A DNA stretch of 64,000 bases from Vulcanimicrobiota bacterium (GTDB taxonomy: Bacteria > Vulcanimicrobiota > Vulcanimicrobiia > Eremiobacterales > Eremiobacteraceae), in contig CAWETU010000001.1 in assembly GCA_963812135.1 (NCBI GenBank), forward strand, positions 1,792,001-1,856,000, written 5' to 3'. The notes under the pieces were generated by a model, which worked only from the letters and a program-made list of their open reading frames with translations, ran no database searches and was not told the origin of the DNA. Made by a program: the position numbers and the translations under genes. How positions within the stretch are numbered: the first letter of the stretch is position 1; each line of letters begins with the position of its first letter. Shown piece by piece: positions 1-9,665 of this stretch.

Positions 1-768
1 ACCATCAGCGGCGCGTTGGCGAATGTGGCTGAGCCGCTCGGCATCGCCGTGGATTCCGCTGGTTTCATCTACGAGTCCGAGTTCAACGCCAGCAAGAACA
101 TCCAGGTCTTCAGCCCGGGCGCGACAGGCAACGTCGCCCCGGCGCGGACAATCACGGGTCTGAATGATCCCCTTGGCGTGGCGGTCGATAGCGCGGGAGA
201 TCTCTATGTCGCGGATCGCGGCGCCGTCAACGTGAAGGTGTTCGCGCCCGGCGCGAACGGCGCGGCCGTTCCCATCCGGACGCTCAGCGTCGCAGCGTCC
301 GGTTTGACCGACGTCAGCTACATCGCGCTCGACGGCGTGGGCAACATGTACATCTCAGGCGAGGGCAGCGGCCACATCGCCGTCTATCCGACCTCGGCGA
401 GCGGCAATCCGGCGCCGCTGCACTACATCGGCGGAGCGCTCACCACGTTGGTCAACCCTTATGGCATGGCTTTCGACGCCGCGAACAACCTGTACGTCGT
501 GGACTACAGCACGCAGAAGATCAGCGTCTTCCCGCTAGGAGCCGACGGGAACGTCGCGCCGGCGCGCCAGATCACAAGTTCCGGACCCGCATTCTCCAAC
601 ATCTACGAACCGGCGATCGACAACTTGGGCAATATCTGGGTCGACGACAACAACACGAATACGATCTTCGAGTTCCCGGCGGGCGCGAGCGGCGCCACCG
701 CGCCGACGAAGACCATCACCGGCGCGGCCACGGGTCTCAGTTCACCGTGGGGGATGACTATCCACTGA
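1..768 (+). CDS. NHL-repeat beta-propeller protein, 5' end outside window
   Basis: Repeated 'P.G.AVDSAG..YV.D' / 'VF.PGA.GNVAP.RTI.G' blades; frame is open to the window edge. Confidence 0.85.
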   Translation, partial: TISGALANVAEPLGIAVDSAGFIYESEFNASKNIQVFSPGATGNVAPARTITGLNDPLGVAVDSAGDLYVADRGAVNVKVFAPGANGAAVPIRTLSVAASGLTDVSYIALDGVGNMYISGEGSGHIAVYPTSASGNPAPLHYIGGALTTLVNPYGMAFDAANNLYVVDYSTQKISVFPLGADGNVAPARQITSSGPAFSNIYEPAIDNLGNIWVDDNNTNTIFEFPAGASGATAPTKTITGAATGLSSPWGMTIH

Positions 769-791
769 TCTCGCGCGACAGCGCTGTTATC

Positions 792-828
792 AAAAAGCCC
801 GCATCGCTTGGCGCGTTGCGGGCTTTCT
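792..828. terminator. Intrinsic terminator, probably bidirectional
   Basis: AAAAAGCCCGCA...TGCGGGCTTTCT hairpin with A-run on one side and T-rich run on the other, between convergent genes. Confidence 0.75.
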
Positions 829-859
829 CTTTCGGGCCGACTGCATTCGAACCAGCGAT
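829..859 (-). repeat. att-like copy of the tRNA-Pro 3' end
   Basis: CTTTCGGGCCGACTGCATTCGAACCAGCGAT matches 7744-7774 at 30 of 31 positions. Confidence 0.9.
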
Positions 860-880
860 AAACGTCGAGCGCCGCTCGTG

Positions 881-3800
881 CTACCGGGCCGGCACTTGTG
901 ACTGCTCGGACGACACGCCGTCGAGCGCTGCTTCGAGCGCGCCCGGTGGCGCGTGCGGCGGTTGTCCGTGTTCGGGCGGCAGCTCATCGTCTTGCTGCAC
1001 CTTTTCGGGTGCGAACCGCATATATGCGACCGGGACGAGCACAAGCGTCAGCAAGAGCGAGCTGATCAACCCGCCGATCACCACGATGCCCAGGCTCTGG
1101 CGCACCTGCGATCCGGCGACCAGACCGAGCGCGAGCGGCGTCATGCCCGCGATCATCGACGCGGTCGTCATGACGATCGGCCGGAACCGGATACGCGCGC
1201 TCTCCTGCAACGCCTCGAGTTTCGCGTAGCCTCGCCGGCGCAGCGTATTGGCGTAATCCACCAACAAGATGCCGTTCTTGGACACAAGCCCCACGAGCAT
1301 CACCGTGCCGATCAACGAGAACAGATTGAGCGTCTGGTGGGTCAGCGCCAGTGCGCCGATCGCACCGACGGACGCCACCGGCACCGCGAACATGATGATG
1401 AACGGCGTCGAGTAGTTGTTGTATAACGCCACCATGAGCAGATAGACCAGGACAAACGAGAGCGCGAGAGCGGCTGCCATGCCGGTCACGGTGTCCTGAA
1501 GATTCTGCTGGTTGCCGTTCGGATTCGCGCGCACCGTCACGAAGGCGGGCAGGTGCAGCGCTTGCAATCCTTTTGTGAAATCCCGCTGCACGTTGGAAAG
1601 CGCATAGCCGGGCGCGACGTTCGCGGTCACGTGGATCACGGTCTGCCGGTTGACGCGCGTGATGACCAGCTGCGTCGGCGCCCACGTCAGCGTCGCCACA
1701 TCGCCGACGCGCGCCAAACTTCCATCGCTCGCACGTACGCCGATGTTGCCGATCTCGTCGAGATTCGTACGATCCTGCAGCGGATAGATGACTTGCACGT
1801 CTTTGAGCCCGTTCTGGGCCTCGATCTGCGTCGCGACCGCGCCTCCGAGCGCCGCCCGAATGGCGGTCGAGGCGGAGCCGACGCTGATGCCGAGCGACTT
1901 GGCCGCCGCTTTATCGAAGGTCACCTCGACCTGCGGCGCGAGCTGTTGGCCGGAACTGGTCACGTTCGTCGTGCCGGGGGTCCGGCGCAATAGATCGTAG
2001 ACCTGTTGCGCGTACGGCAGCGGATCGGCCTGGAGACTCGTCACGAGATAGTCGATCGGCTGCGCGTTGCCGCCGCCGGTGCTCGTCGCCGGGATGACGG
2101 TGATGGTGGCGCCTTGTATCAGCGAACGCAGCTTGTTCTTGAGGTAGTCGACCCAGTAGTTGGTGGAGTGCTTGCGATTATCAATAAGGAAGATGTGTAC
2201 TTGGCCGACGTTGCCTTCATTGAGTCCACCACCGAACGGCGAAGAGTATGCGCCCGATATCCCGGTGACGGCCTTTGCGTCGGGGATCTGGAGCGTGACC
2301 GCATTGACTTGCCGCACTGCGGCGTCGGTCTTGGTCAGCGGGGTGCCTGGCGGGAACTGGATCTGGATGAAGATCTCGCCGCGGTCCACGGGCGGGATGA
2401 ACGTGAACCCGAGCACGCCGAGCGGCAGCATCGCGATCGCCAGGAGCAGCGAAACGACCGCGATGCCGACCACGAGTTTCGGTCGCGCCAGACCCGCGGG
2501 CAAGACGCGGTGCGCATACCACAGCCGCGCCTGCTCGAACTTCTCCTCGAACTTGCGCATGATCGGCCAAGGCGTCCAGCGGCTGCGCAGCGACCAGCGG
2601 CCGGCCAGGGTCGGCGTGACCGTGAAGGATGTCCACAGCGAAGCCAAAGTGGCCACCACGACGACCAACGCGAATTCGGTCAAGAACTTTCCGACGATGC
2701 CGGGCAGAAACGCGATGGGCAGAAAGACGACGACGTCGACCAGCGTGATGACGATTGCGGCGAATCCGATCTCGGAGCGCCCGTTGACCGCCGCCCACAG
2801 CGGCGGCTCACCGTCTTTGTGATGTCGTTCGATGTTCTCGAGCACCACGATCGAGTCGTCCACCAAGATGCCGACGACGAGCGTCATCGCGAGCAGCGAG
2901 ATGGTGTCGATCGTGAAGTTCGCCAGTTTCATCACGCAAACGGTCACGAGCAACGATGTGGGAATCGCGATCATGACCACGACCGCGCTACGCCACGAAC
3001 CGAGGAAGAACAGCATGACGATGGCCGTCAGCCCGACGCCCTCTAAGAGCGTGTGAAGGACGCCGGTGATCTGCTGGCGGGTGTATGTGGCTTGTACGTT
3101 GACCACCGAGAAGTCGACGCCGGGGAACTGCGCCCGCAGGCGCGGGAGCACTTTGAGCACGTTGTCGGACGTCGAGACCTCGTTCGCCTGGGTCGTCTTC
3201 TGCACTTGGAGGAACGCGCGCAGCGCGCCGTTGACGAACGCGAAGACGCGGCGCTCCTCATACGAGTCCGTCACCGCGGCGATGTCGCCGATGCGCACTA
3301 CTTTCGACCCGCTCGTCCACGGGTTGACCGTGGGCGCTGCCGGGGCAGATGACACCGGCTGGCCGTTGAGCAGCAGCGGCAGGCTCGCTACACCTTCGGG
3401 CGTTTGGATATCGCCCCGGACGTCGACTGTGGTCTCTCGGGTCGGCTGATAGATGATGCCGCCGGGCTGGCGCTGGTTGTTGGTGGCCAGCGTGCTCACG
3501 ACGTCATTGATCGAGTAGCCTCCGGCCTGCAGCGCAGCTGGGTCGACCGTTACCTGGAATGAGGGCGTCACGGTGCCGTTCGCGTTGACGAACCCGACGC
3601 CGTCCACTTGTTCGAGGATGGGGATGATCTGATTGTTGACGAGGTCCGATAACCCGGGGACCGAGTACGAGCGAGAGGCGACGCCCAGCGTCACCACCGT
3701 CGACTGGCCCGGATCGACCGTTGAGATAGTCGGCGACCGCAAGTCGCTCGGCAGCTGCGATTGCGCTGCCTGAACACGGCGCTGCACCTCGACCAACGAC

Positions 3801-4108
3801 GTGTTGACGTCGGCGCCCAAGTTGAAGACGGCGGAGATGGTCGCGCGTCCTTGCAGGACGGTCGTGTTGATGACGTTGAGGTCAGGAGCGCCTGCGATCT
3901 GATCTTCGATCGGCCGCGCGATGTTGTCGCGCATCTCGGTCGGCGAGGCACCCGGGTAGTTGACTTGCACGGTGACTGTCGGCAGGTCGACGTTCGGGAA
4001 CTGCTGTTCGGTGATATTCAAGTACGAGATAACGCCCGCAATGGTGATGAACACGATCATCACAAAGACGAGCGCCGGCCGTTGGACGAACAGCCGTGTC
4101 AGCCACAT
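881..4108 (-). CDS. RND efflux permease, AcrB/AcrD/AcrF family
   Basis: MWLTRLFVQRP start, 'GILVDDSIVVLENI', 'KNGILLVDYA', 'RFRPIVMT' motifs. Confidence 0.95.
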   Translation of the reverse strand: MWLTRLFVQRPALVFVMIVFITIAGVISYLNITEQQFPNVDLPTVTVQVNYPGASPTEMRDNIARPIEDQIAGAPDLNVINTTVLQGRATISAVFNLGADVNTSLVEVQRRVQAAQSQLPSDLRSPTISTVDPGQSTVVTLGVASRSYSVPGLSDLVNNQIIPILEQVDGVGFVNANGTVTPSFQVTVDPAALQAGGYSINDVVSTLATNNQRQPGGIIYQPTRETTVDVRGDIQTPEGVASLPLLLNGQPVSSAPAAPTVNPWTSGSKVVRIGDIAAVTDSYEERRVFAFVNGALRAFLQVQKTTQANEVSTSDNVLKVLPRLRAQFPGVDFSVVNVQATYTRQQITGVLHTLLEGVGLTAIVMLFFLGSWRSAVVVMIAIPTSLLVTVCVMKLANFTIDTISLLAMTLVVGILVDDSIVVLENIERHHKDGEPPLWAAVNGRSEIGFAAIVITLVDVVVFLPIAFLPGIVGKFLTEFALVVVVATLASLWTSFTVTPTLAGRWSLRSRWTPWPIMRKFEEKFEQARLWYAHRVLPAGLARPKLVVGIAVVSLLLAIAMLPLGVLGFTFIPPVDRGEIFIQIQFPPGTPLTKTDAAVRQVNAVTLQIPDAKAVTGISGAYSSPFGGGLNEGNVGQVHIFLIDNRKHSTNYWVDYLKNKLRSLIQGATITVIPATSTGGGNAQPIDYLVTSLQADPLPYAQQVYDLLRRTPGTTNVTSSGQQLAPQVEVTFDKAAAKSLGISVGSASTAIRAALGGAVATQIEAQNGLKDVQVIYPLQDRTNLDEIGNIGVRASDGSLARVGDVATLTWAPTQLVITRVNRQTVIHVTANVAPGYALSNVQRDFTKGLQALHLPAFVTVRANPNGNQQNLQDTVTGMAAALALSFVLVYLLMVALYNNYSTPFIIMFAVPVASVGAIGALALTHQTLNLFSLIGTVMLVGLVSKNGILLVDYANTLRRRGYAKLEALQESARIRFRPIVMTTASMIAGMTPLALGLVAGSQVRQSLGIVVIGGLISSLLLTLVLVPVAYMRFAPEKVQQDDELPPEHGQPPHAPPGALEAALDGVSSEQSQVPAR

Positions 4109-4109
4109 A

Positions 4110-5396
4110 TCAGTGGGCCATCGCAGCCTGGCTGCTCTGGACCTGGACTTGTTGACCGTCCGAGATCGCGAGCGTGCCGTCGCTGACAACCGTCGCGCCG
4201 TTTGGCAGACCCTGCACGACCGCGTATTTCGGGCCGGCCGCCAGCTCCACGACTTGCGTGATGTGCGCCTTGTTGTCGTTGTCGATCGTGTACAACGTCT
4301 TATGAGTGTCGTCGATGAACGCGCCGACCGGAACGGCGACGCCGGTGACCGGCTGCTTCCCGAGGCGCGCCGCGACCGTCATGCCCGGCAACAGCACGCG
4401 CTGCGGATTGGGGATCACGACCTTGACGATAAAGCCCGCGGCCGACGGCGTCGTCGGCGGCAACACGGCCACCACTTTCGCGGTGAAGCGTTTGCCCGGC
4501 ACGGCAAGCGAGCTGAGCGAGACCGTTGAGCCGAGTTGGATGCCGGAGATCTGGCCGCCGTAGGCGTTGAGCGCTGCGTAGACGCTCGAGATCGCTTGCA
4601 GCGTGAAGATCTGACGCGTTCCGGGATACTCACCTGGATTGATGTTGCGGTTGACGACCAAAGCGTCGACAGGAGCGACGATGGTCGCTTTGGCGATCTG
4701 CGCTTGCACCGATTCGGCTTGCGCGTGCGCTGAGGCCGCTGCAGCGAGCGCCGCCTGGATGTTCGCCTGCTGCATGCCCGCTCGTTGATCGCCGTTCGCT
4801 TGCTGGTTCTCGATCGCGGTCGCGAGCGCGGCTTGCGCGGCAGCCACCTGCGTCTGCTGCGTCTGCACCTCTTGGGCCGAAATGTATCCTTGGCTGAACA
4901 ACTGCTGGTCTCGATGCAGCGTGCTCTCGGCGAGGTTCAGTTGCGCTTGTGCGGTGCGGACCTGATCGCCGCCCGACGCGATCGCGTATTGCGCCTGGTA
5001 CTTGGTCTGAACCGCCTTTGCGTCTGCCTCAGCGGCCGCCCGCTCTGCGGCGTCGAGTTGCGCCTGCAGATCGGTGATCGAAAGACGCGCGATCACCTGA
5101 CCCTGCCGGACGACGTCCCCTTCGTTGACGAGGACGGCATCCGCCGGTTCGGTCAGGCTGCTCGTGATGGCGACGTTTTGAAGCGGCGCCACCAGGCCCG
5201 ATAATGACACCACCGGCTGCACCGTCCGGACGGTCGCCTTGTCCGCGGGCACCAACGGCGGCGCCGCCTTTAAGCTGGCTGCTTTCTGAGAGCAGCCGGA
5301 CGTGCAGATGAGAGCCACTGCTGACAGCGCGAGGGCGACCCGAACAGCGGTTCGGCTAGTCCTCGTCGGCACCACGACCGAAACCGTTTTCGGCAT
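4110..5396 (-). CDS. RND efflux periplasmic adaptor (MFP/HlyD family)
   Basis: 'VNEGDVVRQGQVIARL', coiled coil, 'TIVAPVD', 'LLPGM'; adjacent to the RND permease. Confidence 0.92.
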   Translation of the reverse strand: MPKTVSVVVPTRTSRTAVRVALALSAVALICTSGCSQKAASLKAAPPLVPADKATVRTVQPVVSLSGLVAPLQNVAITSSLTEPADAVLVNEGDVVRQGQVIARLSITDLQAQLDAAERAAAEADAKAVQTKYQAQYAIASGGDQVRTAQAQLNLAESTLHRDQQLFSQGYISAQEVQTQQTQVAAAQAALATAIENQQANGDQRAGMQQANIQAALAAAASAHAQAESVQAQIAKATIVAPVDALVVNRNINPGEYPGTRQIFTLQAISSVYAALNAYGGQISGIQLGSTVSLSSLAVPGKRFTAKVVAVLPPTTPSAAGFIVKVVIPNPQRVLLPGMTVAARLGKQPVTGVAVPVGAFIDDTHKTLYTIDNDNKAHITQVVELAAGPKYAVVQGLPNGATVVSDGTLAISDGQQVQVQSSQAAMAH

Positions 5397-5510
5397 GCAG
5401 AATATTGTGACACCCCAGGTGTAAAGAACGCTGTGAACACCCTGGCGAAGGGCTATTTCTGGCTTATACCCCGCCGGATGAACCCCATAGCGCCGTCCGA
5501 AAATGCATGG

Positions 5511-6065
5511 TCACGGGCACGCTCTCGGTTTCCCGGCCACTTTGGCGCCGTTGTACGCATCTTTGACCACGCTGATGATGTTTTTCGGCATATCGGAGTT
5601 CACGAGCACGACGACCGGTATCGTACACTTGAAGATGCCGATGTAGGTATGAAGATGCACGCCGCCGCCAAAGAGAGCGCCGTTCTTGCAAACATAGGGG
5701 TTCGGGCAGGCCGCGCCTTCCGCGCAATCCCAGGCGATGCAATTCGGCGACGCCGCGAGCAGCACCGATTTGTCGCCTGGGGCGAGCAGTCTGTTGCCAG
5801 AGATGAGGTCGTTCAAAATCCAGAAAAGATCCTGCGCCGAAAGCACCCAGCCGCCCCCACCGCATGCGAGCGTCCAGTCGCCCCACGTTTTCCCATGCGC
5901 GGATCCAGCCGGCAGCGGATAGGACAGCACGGCCGGGTAGCCGGGAGCAGAATATGGCTTGCACGCTCTGTTCCCAAGTCCGACCGGTCTGAAGACGTGC
6001 GCGTTCATATAGTTGATGTAGAACGCGGCGCTCTTGGCAGGAGAGTATGCCGTCGAACATTTCAA
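5511..6065 (-). pseudogene. C-terminal fragment of a beta-lactamase-family serine hydrolase
   Basis: 'YMNAHVFRPVGL' and 'GGGGWVLSAQDL' resemble the C-terminal half of the family; the N-terminal half, including a canonical catalytic SxxK context, appears missing. Confidence 0.5.
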
Positions 6066-6130
6066 GTCGCCGCTGCTTGTCGTCCTCGGCCATTCACGCT
6101 ACGGCGCGGTGATCGCGACCCTCGACATCG

Positions 6131-7723
6131 TCAACACCAAGGGCAGTGGATGGTGATACGCCCTATCATCACCGGGTGGAAGTCGCACTGATAGATTATC
6201 CATCCCGACGGCGTGCCGCCGGTGCCCCCAACACTTAACGTGTACGACGACCCTGGCTCGATAATGGGGTCGTCGGCGGGGGACCAGTTCACTGTGTGTT
6301 CTTCATTATCGTCGTTGTACCAGGTCACGGACCCGCCTTGAACGACGTCGATATTCGGATAATAGTCCCCGGTGATGTGGACATCGACGTGTGACGGCCA
6401 CTGCGAGCCTCGGGGCGGGGGCCGGGGTGTCGGCTTCGGTGTCGGCGCCGGCGTCGGCTTCGGCGCCGACACGCAAGACCGATTGCTCGCTTGAGATTGT
6501 GTAAGGCCCTTGAACGCGGTTACCTCGTAGCACGTGCCGCGTTTCCACGGTCCGCCGTCTGCGGCGCGCAATGCCGGATCTTTCTGTGCGAAGGCAACGT
6601 ACTCAATATTCGGTGCCCCCTTGTAAAACACGTAGACGATGTATCCATCGATGTCCGAAATACAGCCTGGGGCGGCACACGGCGACCAGTCCCATGTCAG
6701 CGCATAATGATAGTTCGGGCTTGTGCCATTGTAGTACTGGCACCGCGAGTAGCGCGGAGAGGCCCCCTTTGTCACGGAGTGGCAGTCATCGAGGTGTTTC
6801 ACTCCCATCGGTGTGTTGACGAAGGCGGTCTCACCCACGCAGAATCGATTGCTCGGATCGGATTGTAGCTTCCCTCGATACGCGGTCACGATGAAGCACT
6901 CGCCCTTCTTGAACGGTTTGATCGCGCGGATGGTCAAGCTCGCGTCGGTCTGCGTATCCACTAGTATGCGCTTCGCGACGACGACCGGCTTGCCCAGATT
7001 GGCTGGTATTTCGAACTTGTAATTCGGCGTGGTCGTGCGGTAGATATCGAAGCCGTCTACCGGCGCCTTGGCGTCCCAGCGCCACACCAACAGAATCGTA
7101 CCTCCCCGGTTGATGATATCGGGGCAGAGAATTGCAGCCACGAGCCCGGCATGTTGGGCGCATGTTTTCGGATTGGTCGTATAGGTCAGATCCTTCGGCT
7201 GGGGGATGATGACAGGCGGCGGTACATTGATGTGCACGACGGTTGCGACGGCCACCGCAGGCGCGGGCGCGGAGCCGGCCTGGTGCCCGAACGCCTTCGG
7301 CGAGCGACACACGACCGCGCCGAATGGCCACGTCGCCAAGGACCGTTGCGCGCGATCGAGCGTGATGACAAGAGGAAGGGTAGGTGTTACCGCCGCTTTG
7401 CCCGATCGCGGCGTCAACGTGATAGTAAGCTTTGTAGAGCGATTCGGACGAATCGCCGGCAGCCCCGACGAGCCGGACCAGTTGGTCGGTGTCGAACTGT
7501 CGCGCACGAACACCATCGGAACGTCGAATCGTTGCGGGCCGCTCGCCGAGCCTCGATTGACGATCGTGACGTCCGCGGCGTAGCCACGAGTAGCGGCAAC
7601 ACACCATCGGACCGCGTGCGCGGACGAGATCGACAATTCCGAGGTCGCTCTTGTCGGAGCAGTGACGGACCCCAGCACGATCGGTGCTGCGGCTAAGATA
7701 CCGAGCACTGCAGACACTTTCAC
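6131..7723 (-). CDS. Secreted protein: CARDB-like, two Cys-containing FN3-like repeats, C-terminal cupredoxin domain
   Basis: Signal peptide; 'HTVN...YQCDFHPVMIG' type-1 copper ligands; internal repeat. Confidence 0.75.
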   Translation of the reverse strand: MKVSAVLGILAAAPIVLGSVTAPTRATSELSISSAHAVRWCVAATRGYAADVTIVNRGSASGPQRFDVPMVFVRDSSTPTNWSGSSGLPAIRPNRSTKLTITLTPRSGKAAVTPTLPLVITLDRAQRSLATWPFGAVVCRSPKAFGHQAGSAPAPAVAVATVVHINVPPPVIIPQPKDLTYTTNPKTCAQHAGLVAAILCPDIINRGGTILLVWRWDAKAPVDGFDIYRTTTPNYKFEIPANLGKPVVVAKRILVDTQTDASLTIRAIKPFKKGECFIVTAYRGKLQSDPSNRFCVGETAFVNTPMGVKHLDDCHSVTKGASPRYSRCQYYNGTSPNYHYALTWDWSPCAAPGCISDIDGYIVYVFYKGAPNIEYVAFAQKDPALRAADGGPWKRGTCYEVTAFKGLTQSQASNRSCVSAPKPTPAPTPKPTPRPPPRGSQWPSHVDVHITGDYYPNIDVVQGGSVTWYNDDNEEHTVNWSPADDPIIEPGSSYTLSVGGTGGTPSGWIIYQCDFHPVMIGRITIHCPWC

Positions 7724-7746
7724 TGCGAGTCCCCCGCCTGCAACTT

Positions 7747-7821
7747 TCGGGCCGACTGGATTCGAACCAGCGATCTCCTGACCCCCAGTCAGGCGCGATA
7801 ACCAAGCTACGCTACGGCCCG
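7747..7821 (-). tRNA. tRNA-Pro(GGG)
   Basis: Cloverleaf CGGGCCG acceptor, CCTGA-CTGGGGG-TCAGG anticodon arm, GGTTCGAATCC T-arm. Confidence 0.95.
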
Positions 7822-7985
7822 TCGTTATTTCATGCGGCTTCGCAAGCTTTCGCTCTGCCGCAACCGGGTCCTATCTGCGGCCGGCTCCACGACGGACCTG
7901 AAACGCCCGCAACGAAAAGGGACGTCGCCTTCGTTTCTTCGAAAACACCGCTCTTCGCATTGCGGATGCCAAACGTAGGTGCACC

Positions 7986-9632
7986 ATGCGGATGATCGTT
8001 CTTTTCGTCGCGGCCATAGCCGTTTTCTTAAGCGGCTCGACTTCTTCATTTGGTGCAGGCGCGACGCTTCCGAACAGCTCGATCCAAAGCACTATTTCCG
8101 GGCCGCCAAACATCGTGCTGCAGTCGGCGACGATCGCGCTGGCACCGCAATGTCAGCTGGGCAAGACCGTTCTGACGGTCACCGCGACCTACACGAATAC
8201 AGGCGGCTCTCTCGCATCCAACACGCTCAGCCTCATCGCCGCGGACGTCACCAATCCGAATTTCGGCCGGATGGATTTCATACCAGCTCTCGGCGCCGGT
8301 CAGAGCGGGACTATGACGCTCAACGTCGCCTATCTGCAGCCAAATCCGCAAAAGATGGTGGGTCAACACAACTTCGGGGTCGGGCTCTACAACAAGCCGC
8401 CGATGGTCAACGTCAAGGTCACGGTACCGGCCGCCTTCTGTGGCTTCAATCCATCCTCCGTCGGTCTCAGCCCCGCGGTGAGCCACGCGACCAGCTCAAC
8501 CGCGATTGCCAACACGGTCATGAACCCGCCGAACCTGCCGACCCCGGTCAGCTTGAAATACGCGACGGACTACAACACGTGTTCGCAACACCTCGATCAG
8601 GGCACGTGCGAATCCGACATCGAAGGCAAGGCCGCGTTCCTCTGGTGGGACCTGGTGCCGTGCACCGGTTCGAATTGCGTGAACAACATCAGCGGCTACA
8701 ACATCTACGAAGTGCCGCGCGGCTGGCAGCCGCCGCGGCCTCTCGGCGTTACGAATGCCACCGCCGTCAATCCCGGACTCGCATCGACCAACCCGGTGAC
8801 GAGCACCGGCAGCATTGCAGCAGCGCCAGCCCCCAACGCGCCGTCCTCGGGCACGACCGCCAACACCGCGCATGTCAGTGCGCCGTCGAATCCGCAGCTG
8901 ATGAGCGCGCACGTCATGATCCAAAACCCGACGCTGGTGCTTCAGACCGGGCCCAATCCCCGCTTCGCTCAGATGCTTCCGCCGAACACCGTGGGCCGCT
9001 GCTTCAGCGTGGCAGCACGCTGGGCAAGCGTCGAGTCGCTGTACAGCGAGCCGATCTGCATCGCCTCAAATGCGCATGTCGGATACGTGCGCATCACGCT
9101 GGATCCGACTGCGCTCGGCACGATGTATGGCGGCATCCACTGCGCCGGTACGCCACCGTTCGCCCACCCGAGCGGCTCGATCATCGCCGGCGACTCAGAT
9201 ACCAATAGCGGCTGGTGCCCATATTACCAAGGCGTCTTGGCCTTTGACCTGACAGGCTCAGGATTCAACCCGCAGATCATCGCGCACGCGTCGCTCACCT
9301 ACGATTCTCTTGGCTACTTCAATGCCGACGGCAGCACGGACAGCGACCCGTACCAATCTTACGCCTGCAGCACCATCCACGACACGATCTTCGGCGTCGA
9401 AAAGCTCGGCGACCCGCACAACGGTCTCGTGGAGACCGACGCTATGATCGATCAGCTCGGCGGGCATCCTATCAACGTCACCGACACCGTCAACCGCAAC
9501 CTCTATAGCCACACCGGCATGGCGCGCTTTGTGATCGGCCGGGCTGGCGGTATGAGCGAGCCGATCGGCAAGCACTGCTACAGCGAATGGGGCAATTTCC
9601 ATCTCGTGATCGACGCGTACGGCACGCAGTAG
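7986..9632 (+). CDS. Secreted protein with CARDB-like and Cys-FN3-like domain, paralogous to 6131-7723
   Basis: Signal peptide; shared motifs 'P..L.Y.T....C.QH', 'W...PC....C...I.GY..Y', 'G.C..V.A'. Confidence 0.75.
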   Translation: MRMIVLFVAAIAVFLSGSTSSFGAGATLPNSSIQSTISGPPNIVLQSATIALAPQCQLGKTVLTVTATYTNTGGSLASNTLSLIAADVTNPNFGRMDFIPALGAGQSGTMTLNVAYLQPNPQKMVGQHNFGVGLYNKPPMVNVKVTVPAAFCGFNPSSVGLSPAVSHATSSTAIANTVMNPPNLPTPVSLKYATDYNTCSQHLDQGTCESDIEGKAAFLWWDLVPCTGSNCVNNISGYNIYEVPRGWQPPRPLGVTNATAVNPGLASTNPVTSTGSIAAAPAPNAPSSGTTANTAHVSAPSNPQLMSAHVMIQNPTLVLQTGPNPRFAQMLPPNTVGRCFSVAARWASVESLYSEPICIASNAHVGYVRITLDPTALGTMYGGIHCAGTPPFAHPSGSIIAGDSDTNSGWCPYYQGVLAFDLTGSGFNPQIIAHASLTYDSLGYFNADGSTDSDPYQSYACSTIHDTIFGVEKLGDPHNGLVETDAMIDQLGGHPINVTDTVNRNLYSHTGMARFVIGRAGGMSEPIGKHCYSEWGNFHLVIDAYGTQ

Positions 9633-9665
9633 GTTCCTCAGCGGCCGCTGCGCGCGTGCGCCTCG

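Larger units (their letters stand above)
829..7774. mobile_element. Putative tRNA-Pro-integrated genomic island, no integrase
   Basis: Flanked by a 31-bp direct repeat of the tRNA-Pro 3' end; the terminator lies just beyond the displaced copy. Confidence 0.65.

Noticed and set aside
5400..5450. Operator repeats upstream of the RND operon
   Set aside because: Only short imperfect repeats and no linked regulator
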